Assembly (NCBI GenBank): GCA_963675495.1
Contig: OY776215.1
Location: 1,664,001-1,728,000, forward strand
Reading direction: 5' to 3'
Source: an uncultured Methanolobus sp.
GTDB lineage: Archaea > Halobacteriota > Methanosarcinia > Methanosarcinales > Methanosarcinaceae
Length of the DNA stretch: 64,000 nucleotides
A program made the translations under genes and the position numbers. Positions 51,320 to 60,876 of the stretch are shown here, piece by piece. A model generated the notes under the pieces. The model searched no databases, had not been told where the DNA came from, and saw only the letters and a program-made list of their open reading frames with translations. Positions within the stretch are counted from its first letter, which is position 1, and each line of letters begins with the position of its first letter.

Positions 51320-52612
51320 TCATTCTTCCAATTGGAAAAATGTCTTGAATATCTCGATAGAATCCAGAAAGTCCTGTTTGCCCATTAGCTCCCTGGTTGA
51401 ATGCATTGCCAACATCGGCAATCCCGCATCTACCACATGAACAGGCATATATTTGCTGAGCAATGGACCCAGGGTCGTTCCTCCCGGTTGATCCGAATGA
51501 TTTACAAATTTCTGGAATTTCACACCGGCCTTGTCACACACCTGCTGAAAAGCTGCAATGGTCTCTACTTCCGATGCGTAGGAACGATTGCCACTCATCT
51601 TGATGGTTATCCCTTTGTTCATTACAGGCTTGTTAGTAATATCATTCTTTTCACCGTAATTGGGATGCAATCCATGTGCGCCATCGGCTGAGATCACGAA
51701 GGTGTCCATCAATTGACGGGTGAATTGTTGTTCCGTTTTCATCGTTGACATATGGATCCGCTCCAAAATAGTTCTAAGCATCACAGAGTCAGCGCCTTGT
51801 TTGGTCATGGAGCCGATCTCTTCATTGTCCATGAATGCCACCATATTGATTCCGCCTTTATTTTTTGATCCTACAAGAGCTTCCATAGCAGCATACACCA
51901 TGGACAGATCATCGATTCTCGGACAAGAGATGAATTCCTCCCTGGCTCCCACCAACATACCTTCTTCACTACAATAGATACTCAAGTCCATATCCAAAAT
52001 ATTCTCACGATTAACACCAGCTTCCTTAGCAACCAGATCCAACAGATAATTATCCTTTATCTCATCTTCGATCAACTGGGTTAAGAGAGGTTGCATTTCT
52101 TTTTGCACTTTGATCTCCACACCGTTATTGACCTCGCGGTTCATATGGATAGCCAGATTGGGGATAATGAGTATCGGTTTTCGAAAATCCAAATGAATAA
52201 CTTCAGGCTTCAACACTTCATCGGACCTCACCGCTATCCTTCCGGCAATGGACAAGGGCCGGTCGAACCATGTATTCAGAATAGGTCCTCCGTAACGCTC
52301 CACATTCAGTGTCAGCATTCCTTCACTGTTAACCTCAGGACTGGGTTTTATCCTGAATCCAGGATTATCCGTATGCGCAGCGATTATTTTCACACCTGTT
52401 GTCAGATATTGACCGCTTCCGATAGCAAAGCCCACCAACATGGAAGGATAGGGTGTCAGATAGTATTTCCCTGACGCATTCAACGTCCATGGCTCATTCA
52501 TATTCAATTCCAAAAAACCTTCAGCATCCAGACGCTCCCTTATGGTATCCACTGTCTGAACTGCTGTAGTCGCTTTTTCCATAAATCCAAAAAAATCACT
52601 GATATAATCCAT
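51320..52612 (-). CDS. M18 family (aspartyl) aminopeptidase
   Basis: AAHTDNP, YGGPILNTWFDRPLS, NLAIH, DNEEIGS, SADGAHG, AMHSTRE. Confidence 0.92.
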   Translation of the reverse strand: MDYISDFFGFMEKATTAVQTVDTIRERLDAEGFLELNMNEPWTLNASGKYYLTPYPSMLVGFAIGSGQYLTTGVKIIAAHTDNPGFRIKPSPEVNSEGMLTLNVERYGGPILNTWFDRPLSIAGRIAVRSDEVLKPEVIHLDFRKPILIIPNLAIHMNREVNNGVEIKVQKEMQPLLTQLIEDEIKDNYLLDLVAKEAGVNRENILDMDLSIYCSEEGMLVGAREEFISCPRIDDLSMVYAAMEALVGSKNKGGINMVAFMDNEEIGSMTKQGADSVMLRTILERIHMSTMKTEQQFTRQLMDTFVISADGAHGLHPNYGEKNDITNKPVMNKGITIKMSGNRSYASEVETIAAFQQVCDKAGVKFQKFVNHSDQPGGTTLGPLLSKYMPVHVVDAGLPMLAMHSTRELMGKQDFLDSIEIFKTFFQLEE

Positions 52613-52875
52613 ATTTATCATCTTTCTTATGATGCCCATGCAAATTCTTTTTTGCAACGGGCTTTGAACCTAGTTTTCTACATAGCTTTTCATTAGGTGA
52701 GAGATCACATAATGATAATATCTTTCATCTTTTGTTTTAGCACGATAGTAGATAATAGATTCTCAGGATACTTAATATTGTAACGTTATAATAAAAAGAA
52801 AAAGAATCTCCGGGCAAAAAGTGACCACCCACATGAATGATTTGACCTGGAGGCGAAAAATCAATATTAATATTA

Positions 52876-53057
52876 TTAATATTTGTGGCTTTTTGCATCC
52901 CCACCATTCCCTAGAAATTCTCTGTTGGGGGTCTTGCTCACAATACCACAGCCAGATGCCAGCAGACCAATTTCTGCATCCAGCACCTTCTGTAACTGTT
53001 CCTTGATCTTCTCAGATGCCTAGTTCCAGAGCATGTTCACAGGATGAAGATTATAAC
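52876..53057 (-). pseudogene. Decayed 3' fragment of mtbA
   Basis: Aligns to 24692-24875 (ends AKSHKY-stop) with indels and substitutions. Confidence 0.85.
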
Positions 53058-53116
53058 CTTCGAGTTTGGCAACTGTGGTCATTTTTTCTGCATCATCGTT
53101 GGCTTCAATGAAAACG

Positions 53117-53154
53117 ATTACAACGTTATTGTATTAATTCAACGCTATTGTAAT
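53117..53154. promoter_or_regulatory. Tandem 19-bp imperfect palindromes (operator-like)
   Basis: ATTACAACGTTATTGTATT followed directly by AATTCAACGCTATTGTAAT; perfect version at 63111-63129. Confidence 0.5.
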
Positions 53155-53271
53155 CTTAATAAACGTATATTTTAAAGCATAATGTGTCTAACCTATTGTT
53201 AACACAATAAAAAATTACAAAGAAATGTACTACTAAATAAATTACAGACTTTACAAAGCAAATTAAAAAAT

Positions 53272-55299
53272 ATGTCACTGAAATTTAAACTTATTCTGTA
53301 TATAGTCACAGGTACCTTACTTGTACTTGCAGCAAGTACTGCAATGACCATTTCCACCGTAACCACTCAGGAAGAGGAACTTGCCTATCAGCAATCCATT
53401 GAAATGGCCAAGAACTACGCCAGTGAATTCAATGGTGATATGGAAACGAATCATGCCATTGCAGAAACCATGGCCTTAATTATTGGTAGCTATGATTCTA
53501 TGAGCAGGGAAGAAGCAAATAATATGCTTTACAACATGCTGGAAGAACATCCTCACTTAATTGGTACATATGTTGCTTACGAACCAAATGCGTTTGATGG
53601 TAACGATGATTTATATGTGAATTCTCAGGGACATGATTCCACTGGAAGATTTATTCCTTACTGGAATAAGATTACAGGACCTATCACACTTGATCCCCTT
53701 CTAAATTATGAAACACTTGATTACTACCAGTTGCCCAAAAAAACAAAAAATGAAGTATTGACAGAACCCTATTATTACGAAGGTATGTTCATTGTGAGTC
53801 ATGTTTACCCAATAATGAAAAACGATGAATTCATCGGAATCGGGGGGGTAGATGTTTCCCTGAATTACCTGGATGAAGAAATCAGTGAAGTAAAAGCATT
53901 TGATACTGGCTATGCCTTCATGACCGGCAATACTGGCATCCTGGTGTCACACCCTACCAACAAGGATTGGATCGGAAAAAAAACACTTTATGATTTTAAC
54001 AATGAAGACTTTTCAAAAGTTGCAGATGAAATAGGAAAGGGAAAAAATGGCCACATTGAAACTATCGACCCCATTACCGGGAAAAATGTAGTAATGTTTT
54101 ACGAACCAATACGAACAGGTAATTTTTCATTTATTCTGGTCATTCCAAAAGAGGAAATGTTTGCAGGTGTGAAAACCCTTAGTAACAAGCTTTTGCAAAT
54201 ATCCTTTGCAGCCGTAATTTTCATGGCTGCTACCTCTTATTTGATAGCAATGTCCTTTACAAGGCCCATCAAGGACATAGTTAATGATTTTAAGAATATA
54301 TCAAAAGATGCGGTCAGGGGAAATCTTGACTCCAGGGCTGAAACAGATGTTGAAAGTGATTTCAAAGAGATTCCTATGGGTCTCAATGAAATCCTGGATG
54401 CAGTGATAACACCTATTCGTGATACTGTAAGGCTTACAAATGCACTTGCTAAGGGAGAACTTGGTGAAAGATCTCACTTAAATGTCCATGGAGAATTCAG
54501 GCAACTTGCAAATACACTGGATAACTTTGCCTTATTACTTGAAACAATAATAAAAGACTCGAATCAGGTGCTTACTACAATACAACAAAATGATTTTTCA
54601 AGAACTGTAAGGGTATATGGAGAAGGGGATTTCCTTATTCTGACAGAGGGAATCGAAAAAACAAGGGCAACTCTGTCAGAGATGATAGATGAACGCGAAA
54701 AGATAGAAGAAATAAGGAAAAAAGAGATCCATCATCGTATAAAGAATAACCTTCAGGTCATTTCAAGTTTGCTTGACCTTGAATCCGATAAATTCATGGA
54801 TGAAGAGGTTATCGAGGCTTTTAAGGAAAGCCAGAACCGTGTTATATCAATGGCTTTGGTGCATGAGGAACTTTACAGGTCGCAAGACATGGAAAGCATA
54901 GATTTTTCCGATTATCTTATGAAGCTTGTTAATGAGCTGTCATATTCATACGCGGTCAATAAAGAATACATTAAAGTTAAAATGAATGTTGACCCTACTT
55001 TCCTTGATATGGATACTGCTATTCCCCTTGGTATGATAGTAAATGAACTCGTTTCGAATTCATTCAAGCATGCTTTTAAGCAGGAAAAAGAAGGGGAAAT
55101 ATACGTTAATCTGAGCCTTGAAGACAGGAAGTTGACCTTGATAGTAGGAGACAATGGTACAGGCTTTCCGGAAAAAATCAATTTCGAAGAGACAGATTCT
55201 CTGGGATTGCAACTGGTCACCACCCTGACATCCCAGATAGATGGTATAATTGAACTTGATAGAAGCAAAGGCACCGAATTCAGGATAACTTTAAAATGA
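53272..55299 (+). CDS. Membrane sensor histidine kinase (dCache-HAMP-HisKA_2-HATPase)
   Basis: N-terminal TM, Cache motifs (TEPYYY, GGVDV, LVSHP), TM, HAMP, EIHHRIKNNLQ H-box, NELVSNSFKHAF, DNGTG, SLGLQL. Confidence 0.9.
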   Translation: MSLKFKLILYIVTGTLLVLAASTAMTISTVTTQEEELAYQQSIEMAKNYASEFNGDMETNHAIAETMALIIGSYDSMSREEANNMLYNMLEEHPHLIGTYVAYEPNAFDGNDDLYVNSQGHDSTGRFIPYWNKITGPITLDPLLNYETLDYYQLPKKTKNEVLTEPYYYEGMFIVSHVYPIMKNDEFIGIGGVDVSLNYLDEEISEVKAFDTGYAFMTGNTGILVSHPTNKDWIGKKTLYDFNNEDFSKVADEIGKGKNGHIETIDPITGKNVVMFYEPIRTGNFSFILVIPKEEMFAGVKTLSNKLLQISFAAVIFMAATSYLIAMSFTRPIKDIVNDFKNISKDAVRGNLDSRAETDVESDFKEIPMGLNEILDAVITPIRDTVRLTNALAKGELGERSHLNVHGEFRQLANTLDNFALLLETIIKDSNQVLTTIQQNDFSRTVRVYGEGDFLILTEGIEKTRATLSEMIDEREKIEEIRKKEIHHRIKNNLQVISSLLDLESDKFMDEEVIEAFKESQNRVISMALVHEELYRSQDMESIDFSDYLMKLVNELSYSYAVNKEYIKVKMNVDPTFLDMDTAIPLGMIVNELVSNSFKHAFKQEKEGEIYVNLSLEDRKLTLIVGDNGTGFPEKINFEETDSLGLQLVTTLTSQIDGIIELDRSKGTEFRITLK

Positions 55300-55318
55300 T
55301 AAAAATACAGGTGAAATT

Positions 55319-55735
55319 ATGGATGATATAAAAATTCTTGTGGTAGAAGACGAAGGAATCATTGGTCTTAATATAAAGAAGAAGCTTAAAAGTTTTGGAT
55401 ATACTGTACCGGCTATAGTTGCAACAGGGGAAGAAGCTATAAAGATGGCAGAGATAACATTTCCTGACCTCATATTAATGGATGTAAGACTTAAGGGGGA
55501 CATGGATGGGGTAGAAACTGCTGAGAAGATCCGTAAGCATTTCGATATTCCAGTGATATATCTTACTGCATATTCGGATGATGATGTTCTTGAAAAAGCA
55601 AAAAAAACTGAGCCTTACGGATACATTGTGAAACCATTTAAAGCAGATGACTTGCGTAGCAATATCGAAATAGCACTTTACAGGCATAAAACGGAAAAGA
55701 GTGCACAAGAAAAAGTGTGTAGTAACATCATATGA
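55319..55735 (+). CDS. Single-domain response regulator
   Basis: ILVVEDE, PDLILMD, YLTA, KPF. Confidence 0.92.
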   Translation: MDDIKILVVEDEGIIGLNIKKKLKSFGYTVPAIVATGEEAIKMAEITFPDLILMDVRLKGDMDGVETAEKIRKHFDIPVIYLTAYSDDDVLEKAKKTEPYGYIVKPFKADDLRSNIEIALYRHKTEKSAQEKVCSNII

Positions 55736-55802
55736 AATCTTTGAATAACGATATTCATAAGATTCAGACACTATTATCATAAAATCAGAACAGTTGGTAT
55801 GA

Positions 55803-56582
55803 ATGAATGGTTCACTAATAGACATAATTCTCAATTCGGAAAAACGGAAAAATGTTCTGCTTCTTTTGATGGAAGGAGAAAAAAGCCGCGAAGACATAAA
55901 AACAAGTCTTAATGTTACTTCTACAGCTCTTATTCCCCAGATAAAGAAACTCAAGGAACATGGTCTTGTCATTCAGAATGGGGATTATTACATCTTAACC
56001 AATATGGGGAAAGTACTTGTGGCAAACATGCTGCCTCTTTTAAGTGCAGTAGATGTTTTTGAAGAGAACAGTAACTATTGGTTGAATCGTGATCTTAACG
56101 GCATTCCTGAATCTATGCTTAAACGATTCGGTGAACTCGGAAACTGTGTTATAATTGAACCTGACCTTAACTATCTTTTTGAATTTCCTAAAGAATTTAC
56201 CGAAAACATAAGTAAATCCAGTTATGTTATGGCTTTTAATGCTTATTTCCATCCTGAGTATCCAGCCCTTTACTCAAGTCTTGCTGAAAAGGGAATCGAT
56301 TTTTCCCTTGTCACGACAAATTCTGTCCATGAAAGAATGGAAAAAGATTATTCAGAAGACGTCAGGAAATTCATGAGCTTTGAAAATACTGAGATGCTTG
56401 TGTCAAATGAGAACACCGGTCTGGCAACGTTAGTTAGTACTGATAGATTCCTGTTTCTCTGTTTCTTTAATAAACAAGGACAATATGACCATACCATTCT
56501 AATGAGCTTTGACAGCAATGCACTACAATGGAGTAAAGAACTATTCTCTTATTTTAAAGATAAAGCGGAAAATATCTCTTAA
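55803..56582 (+). CDS. Winged-helix (ArsR-like) transcription regulator with DUF1724-like domain (Msr-type)
   Basis: SEKRKNVLLLL...PQIKKL...Y.LT..G N-terminus, C-terminal AL.W..ELF.YF typical of Methanosarcinales regulators. Confidence 0.8.
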   Translation: MNGSLIDIILNSEKRKNVLLLLMEGEKSREDIKTSLNVTSTALIPQIKKLKEHGLVIQNGDYYILTNMGKVLVANMLPLLSAVDVFEENSNYWLNRDLNGIPESMLKRFGELGNCVIIEPDLNYLFEFPKEFTENISKSSYVMAFNAYFHPEYPALYSSLAEKGIDFSLVTTNSVHERMEKDYSEDVRKFMSFENTEMLVSNENTGLATLVSTDRFLFLCFFNKQGQYDHTILMSFDSNALQWSKELFSYFKDKAENIS

Positions 56583-56599
56583 ACATGAACCTTTTCAAA

Positions 56600-56805
56600 A
56601 ATAAGATTATACTTTTCTCCAGCATAATGTATAATATCTTAATGATCTGGCATATCTTTCTATCTACAACCGGTTATCAGAACAAAGATTATACCATTGA
56701 TAGCCTTACACAGCTATATGCTTTCTTTCTCTCGGTTATTGGCTGTTGTAAAAAACGTTCAAGATACTTCCATTGCTCACCAGAGAGTTCTTTGAACTCC
56801 AGGCA
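56600..56805 (-). mobile_element. IS5-family transposase N-terminal remnant
   Basis: Minus strand gives EFKELSGEQWKYLE...(frameshift)...KAINGIIFVLITGCR*KDMP, matching the L.DEQW...INGI.YVL.TGC.W..LP pattern. Confidence 0.7.
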
Positions 56806-56841
56806 AACCCTTCATACAAACATTGCATGAAGTAATATTTA

Positions 56842-56972
56842 GGCTCTGTAGAAAAGTTAATTAAATCGACATCAATCAAGCAAAACTGCCAAGTATTTTC
56901 AATGTCGTGTAATACATTTTAAATTATTGATTATTTTATTTTTGTCTGAATACCGAGGATTTTTACAGAGCC
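56842..56972. mobile_element. MITE-like element, 131 bp
   Basis: Termini GGCTCTGTAGAAA / TTTTTACAGAGCC are inverted repeats (12/13); AT-rich non-coding interior; no clear TSD. Confidence 0.6.
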
Positions 56973-57263
56973 AAAGAAACAAAGGCTTCTAAGATTATCA
57001 ATAAAATGGGAAGTGGAGAGCGTTTCCTTGCCCATAAGACAACAATGAAGAACATTGTCTTCCCATCCCACCCAACTCTGTTCGACAGGCAAATGTATGG
57101 AACTTGGGAAGCAGCAGAATCAAAGGACGTCGCAACAGTAGCTAATGAGAAAGCTGCCGACATTCTCAAGATTTACAAAGTTGCACCAATCAATGCTGAT
57201 ATTCTGAAGGATATGGAAACTATTGTCAAGAAAGCAGATGATACGGTGAAGGCTTCACTTTAA
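56973..57263 (+). pseudogene. 3' fragment of a divergent mttB
   Basis: FLAHKTT..N..PS.P.L.DR..G.WE...SKD.ATVA.EK...I.AD.LKDM...V.KAD aligns to the C-terminus of mttB at 39576. Confidence 0.85.
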
Positions 57264-57344
57264 GAAAATTAAGTTATCAGGAGAGAAGTCCTTGCAGGAC
57301 CTCCTCCAATAACAACAAATCATATTTTTCCATTTAATTCGCCT

Positions 57345-58526
57345 TTAATTAATGCTATAATGTCCTAGTTTTTTTCTCATTTCAAATCTTGCAACAAATA
57401 CTGCAGAAATTAGTCCAGCAATCAATACAACATATCCAGCATTATAAAAAATATTTGAAACTCCATAATGACTCATTATATATCCATTAAATACTGTTCC
57501 TGATGCACCACCCACAAACATGTTAAAAGAAGCCAATGACATAGCAGTGCCTCGCGACATGTGTAATTTTTCTTGAGCTGTGGCTACAAGTGTTGATTGC
57601 ATGAAAATGAAAGCCATTCCAAAACCAATTAATCCGATACCTAAAATCCAAATGTTAGTGTATGCTGATATTGCAAATAAAGACATGAATCCAATGATGC
57701 CTGCACTGGCAAGATAACCATGATTTAGCACTGATTTAGCCTTTGGCGCAATTCTACCACCAGCCACAGTTCCAACACCAAATAATGATAATATAAGCCC
57801 CACTTGCAATACATTATATCCTGTTACTGATTGGATCAGCTTTCCTGAATATGTAAAACTTCCAAACACTGAAAATCCGACTAAAAACATTACCAGTACC
57901 AGCCTCATAAACCTATAGTTCGTTAAAGGTACTTTATATGCACTGATGAGATTGAATTTATCTACGGTGCCTTTATCCTTATCGAGAACTCTTAACATAA
58001 TAAATGCCATTATTAATTCTGCGACTCCATATATGATATATACTAATCTCCATGAGCCAAAGTATGCTATTGCTCCACCTAGCGCTGTTGCAGTAGCACC
58101 ACCAAGGAACATAAGACCCATTACTTTTCCAAGAGCTTTATGCCGATCTTTATTGTCAAATAACTGTCCGACCAGTGCCATCATTACAGGAAAAATACCT
58201 GCTCCAAAAGCTCCGTTAACTGCCCTGAAAAAAATTAAAGATGGAAGATTAAAGGCAAATCCTCCAAGTATGCTAAATATCGCAGTTCCGATTGCAGATA
58301 TATTGATTATCTTTGCTTTTCCATACCTATCTGAGAGAGGACCAAACAATAGTGTGAATGCTCCAAATGAAAGCATATAAGCTGTAACAGATAAAGCAGC
58401 AGTACTTATTGTTATGTTTAAATCTTTTGATATGTTAATCAATAATGGTGCAGCTGCATAATTATCTCCATTTGCAAGAAATGCCATCATCCCCAAAATT
58501 AAAACAATCTTATTTTTGTCATCCAT
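57345..58526 (-). CDS. MFS transporter (AT-rich)
   Basis: GPLSDRYGK motif A, 12-TM pattern; ATG 58526 after AGGT. Confidence 0.88.
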   Translation of the reverse strand: MDDKNKIVLILGMMAFLANGDNYAAAPLLINISKDLNITISTAALSVTAYMLSFGAFTLLFGPLSDRYGKAKIINISAIGTAIFSILGGFAFNLPSLIFFRAVNGAFGAGIFPVMMALVGQLFDNKDRHKALGKVMGLMFLGGATATALGGAIAYFGSWRLVYIIYGVAELIMAFIMLRVLDKDKGTVDKFNLISAYKVPLTNYRFMRLVLVMFLVGFSVFGSFTYSGKLIQSVTGYNVLQVGLILSLFGVGTVAGGRIAPKAKSVLNHGYLASAGIIGFMSLFAISAYTNIWILGIGLIGFGMAFIFMQSTLVATAQEKLHMSRGTAMSLASFNMFVGGASGTVFNGYIMSHYGVSNIFYNAGYVVLIAGLISAVFVARFEMRKKLGHYSIN

Positions 58527-58659
58527 TATTTTTACCTGTTTTTTAATTATTCTAAATTCTCTTTGATTAATAGCCATTTCAAGTATTTTTGAAATGTCTT
58601 TTTCACTATAATTGAAACATCTTATTTAAGCATATGTGTTTCAAATTAAATTGAAATGT

Positions 58660-59005
58660 AGATTCGACCTTTGGAAATATCGTTCAGAGAATAGAGCTAC
58701 TTCTGAAGAAGGCATTGAACATCCGTTTATTGATATGGGAATCACAAAAGACGATACAAGAAAGATTGCAAAAGATATAGTCCAAATATTTGGAACCTTA
58801 CATTTTCTGCTTGCCTGGTATCCAGGATTCCTTATTATGAAACATTAGAACCTGCAATGCTGGAGATTATAGGCAAAGGATTATCCTACCTTCATGGACT
58901 TGATTTTGAAAAATGCAGGTTGCGTTTACATAATAATGGAGAACTCAGCAGATCGAAGTTCCGAAAGACAGATTTGAAGCACTTATCTGCAAGAAAAGTA
59001 GTATT
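58660..59005 (+). pseudogene. LarE-like (ATP-dependent sulfur transferase, TIGR00268-type) fragment
   Basis: Across frameshifts: YR...A..E.GI.HP....ITK...R, SACLVSRIPY, RLRLH..G...R.IEVP. Confidence 0.7.
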
Positions 59006-59269
59006 GAACACAATCATCCCTTTTGTATTTCGTTAGCAGATAATGCTAAGGGGATTTGTTCTTTTTAAATTATTATGTCAAAATAAAATGGGAAGTAGGT
59101 TTTCTACAGAGTCGAAACGAGCTCTATAATAACTAAAAAAGTATTTGGCAATCTACTGATTTTTCCCTAATAAATTGCCAGATTCGCTATTTTGCATAAT
59201 TGGAGGTTATGCGAAAATAAAAAAATATTGCAGTGAACTTTTCAGTGCCACTGCCCCGATTTTCTGGTA

Positions 59270-60754
59270 TTATACACTTTGCGGTTCCACCTGCTTCGCA
59301 ACATGATTTTCATGTTGTGAATAATACCACATAGGTACATACAGAGCCAGTACAAGAATTCCGACACCAGTTGAGAACCAGCTTCCTTCGACACTGTTAA
59401 GGTAAATGATACCGATCAGACAAAGAGGAAGGTTGAAGAAACCAAACATGAGTGCAACATTCTTCCAGCCCTCTGGTGCCTTGAAAGGTCTTTCAAGATC
59501 TGCAAGATGTGGATCTGCCTTTGCCTTTACGTATGCAAAGAGACTGATACCATTTGCACATACATATCCAATAGCTGATGCTGCAAGGATGGCTGTTGGT
59601 GTACCCATTGAAATGAGTGCCAGGTTGAAGATACCGATTACGACCATTGCCAGTATTGGTGTTCCGTGGGCATTTACCCTGCCGAATACTTTTGGAAGGT
59701 TTCCTTCAACTGCCATTGAGTGCATTGCCCTTGCAGAACCAAGGTATGCGGTCTGAATGATAAGGACCATTGCTGCAATAAGCATTACAATAGCTACCGT
59801 TGAACCCATGTCACCGAGAGATGCCTGTGCAACAGGAAGCATAGGATCGATTGGTGCGTTGGCAATACCATCAATACCGAGTACACCCGTAACTGTCATC
59901 TGTACGATTACGAATGCAAGAAGACAGATTGCACCACAAGTGAAGAGTGCTTTTGGTACATCCTTACCTGGTTCCTTGTATTCAGGACCATAGATAGCTG
60001 CTGTTTCCCATGCACATGCACTCCACTGAGCCATTGCAAAGATACCAAGCAATATAAGAATGTGATGAAGATCCCATGCCCAATCAGTTGGCAACCAGGT
60101 GCTTGTGATATTTGCAAGTACGAAATCGCCTGTTACGTAAGGTGCTAGTGCAATTATAATGAGTGGAATAAATGCTAGTGCTGCTAGAATATAACCTACC
60201 ACTGCGCCACTTGAGACGCCACGATAGTTAACAAGTATAAGAGCTCCGAATATAACAACACCTGCACCCAATGCAAGCTGATATTCACTGAAACTAGCTG
60301 CCAATGCAGGGAATAGGCTGTGTAGATAGAAACCTACAAGAATTGCGAAAATAGCAAGTACAGGATTCCAGGCGAACCAGTAACTCCATGCACTGAATCC
60401 ACCTATAAGTTTACTCTTGTCGTATTTGCCCTTGAAATTTGGTGTTTTAAAAACATTCTGTGCAAATCCAGGAAGACCTGATGCCTTCGGGAAAGTTGTT
60501 GCAAGTTCACCATAAGCCAGATTCTGCATGAATCCCTGGAATACGGAAAGACCCCAGACAATAATAGCAGCTGACCACAGATAACCAGCAAAGTATCCAA
60601 TTGATGGCAAGATCAACAGAGGTACACCTACAGCAATTGCAAGACCCTGTTTCCAATCGATAGACCGCTCAAGTTCACTATGTTCACCGGTCTCACAGAC
60701 CACTTTGGAACATTGCTCTGCATGCTGCCAGTCTATTCCTTCTTTTTTCTCCAT
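59270..60754 (-). CDS. mtbP: Dimethylamine permease (APC family)
   Basis: LERSIDWKQG, AYGELAT, WSACAWE, ERPFKAP; directly downstream of mtbB copy 2. Confidence 0.82.
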   Translation of the reverse strand: MEKKEGIDWQHAEQCSKVVCETGEHSELERSIDWKQGLAIAVGVPLLILPSIGYFAGYLWSAAIIVWGLSVFQGFMQNLAYGELATTFPKASGLPGFAQNVFKTPNFKGKYDKSKLIGGFSAWSYWFAWNPVLAIFAILVGFYLHSLFPALAASFSEYQLALGAGVVIFGALILVNYRGVSSGAVVGYILAALAFIPLIIIALAPYVTGDFVLANITSTWLPTDWAWDLHHILILLGIFAMAQWSACAWETAAIYGPEYKEPGKDVPKALFTCGAICLLAFVIVQMTVTGVLGIDGIANAPIDPMLPVAQASLGDMGSTVAIVMLIAAMVLIIQTAYLGSARAMHSMAVEGNLPKVFGRVNAHGTPILAMVVIGIFNLALISMGTPTAILAASAIGYVCANGISLFAYVKAKADPHLADLERPFKAPEGWKNVALMFGFFNLPLCLIGIIYLNSVEGSWFSTGVGILVLALYVPMWYYSQHENHVAKQVEPQSV

Positions 60755-60876
60755 TTGTTTATTCACCCCTTCATAAAATAATAACTGACACCTGCAATTA
60801 CCTTAGCTGGCAATTACAGGTGTCTTTTACACTTCCAAGCTCAACCACTGGTCAAGCTATTCTGGAAGGGCAAAAT

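Noticed and set aside
52658-52687. Possible decayed copy of the pylT 3' end (att site)
   Set aside because: Only loose similarity (CGGG...CC..G.TTTC); too weak to call.
56585-56830. 81-aa plus-strand ORF
   Set aside because: Antisense to an IS5 transposase remnant; no coding features.
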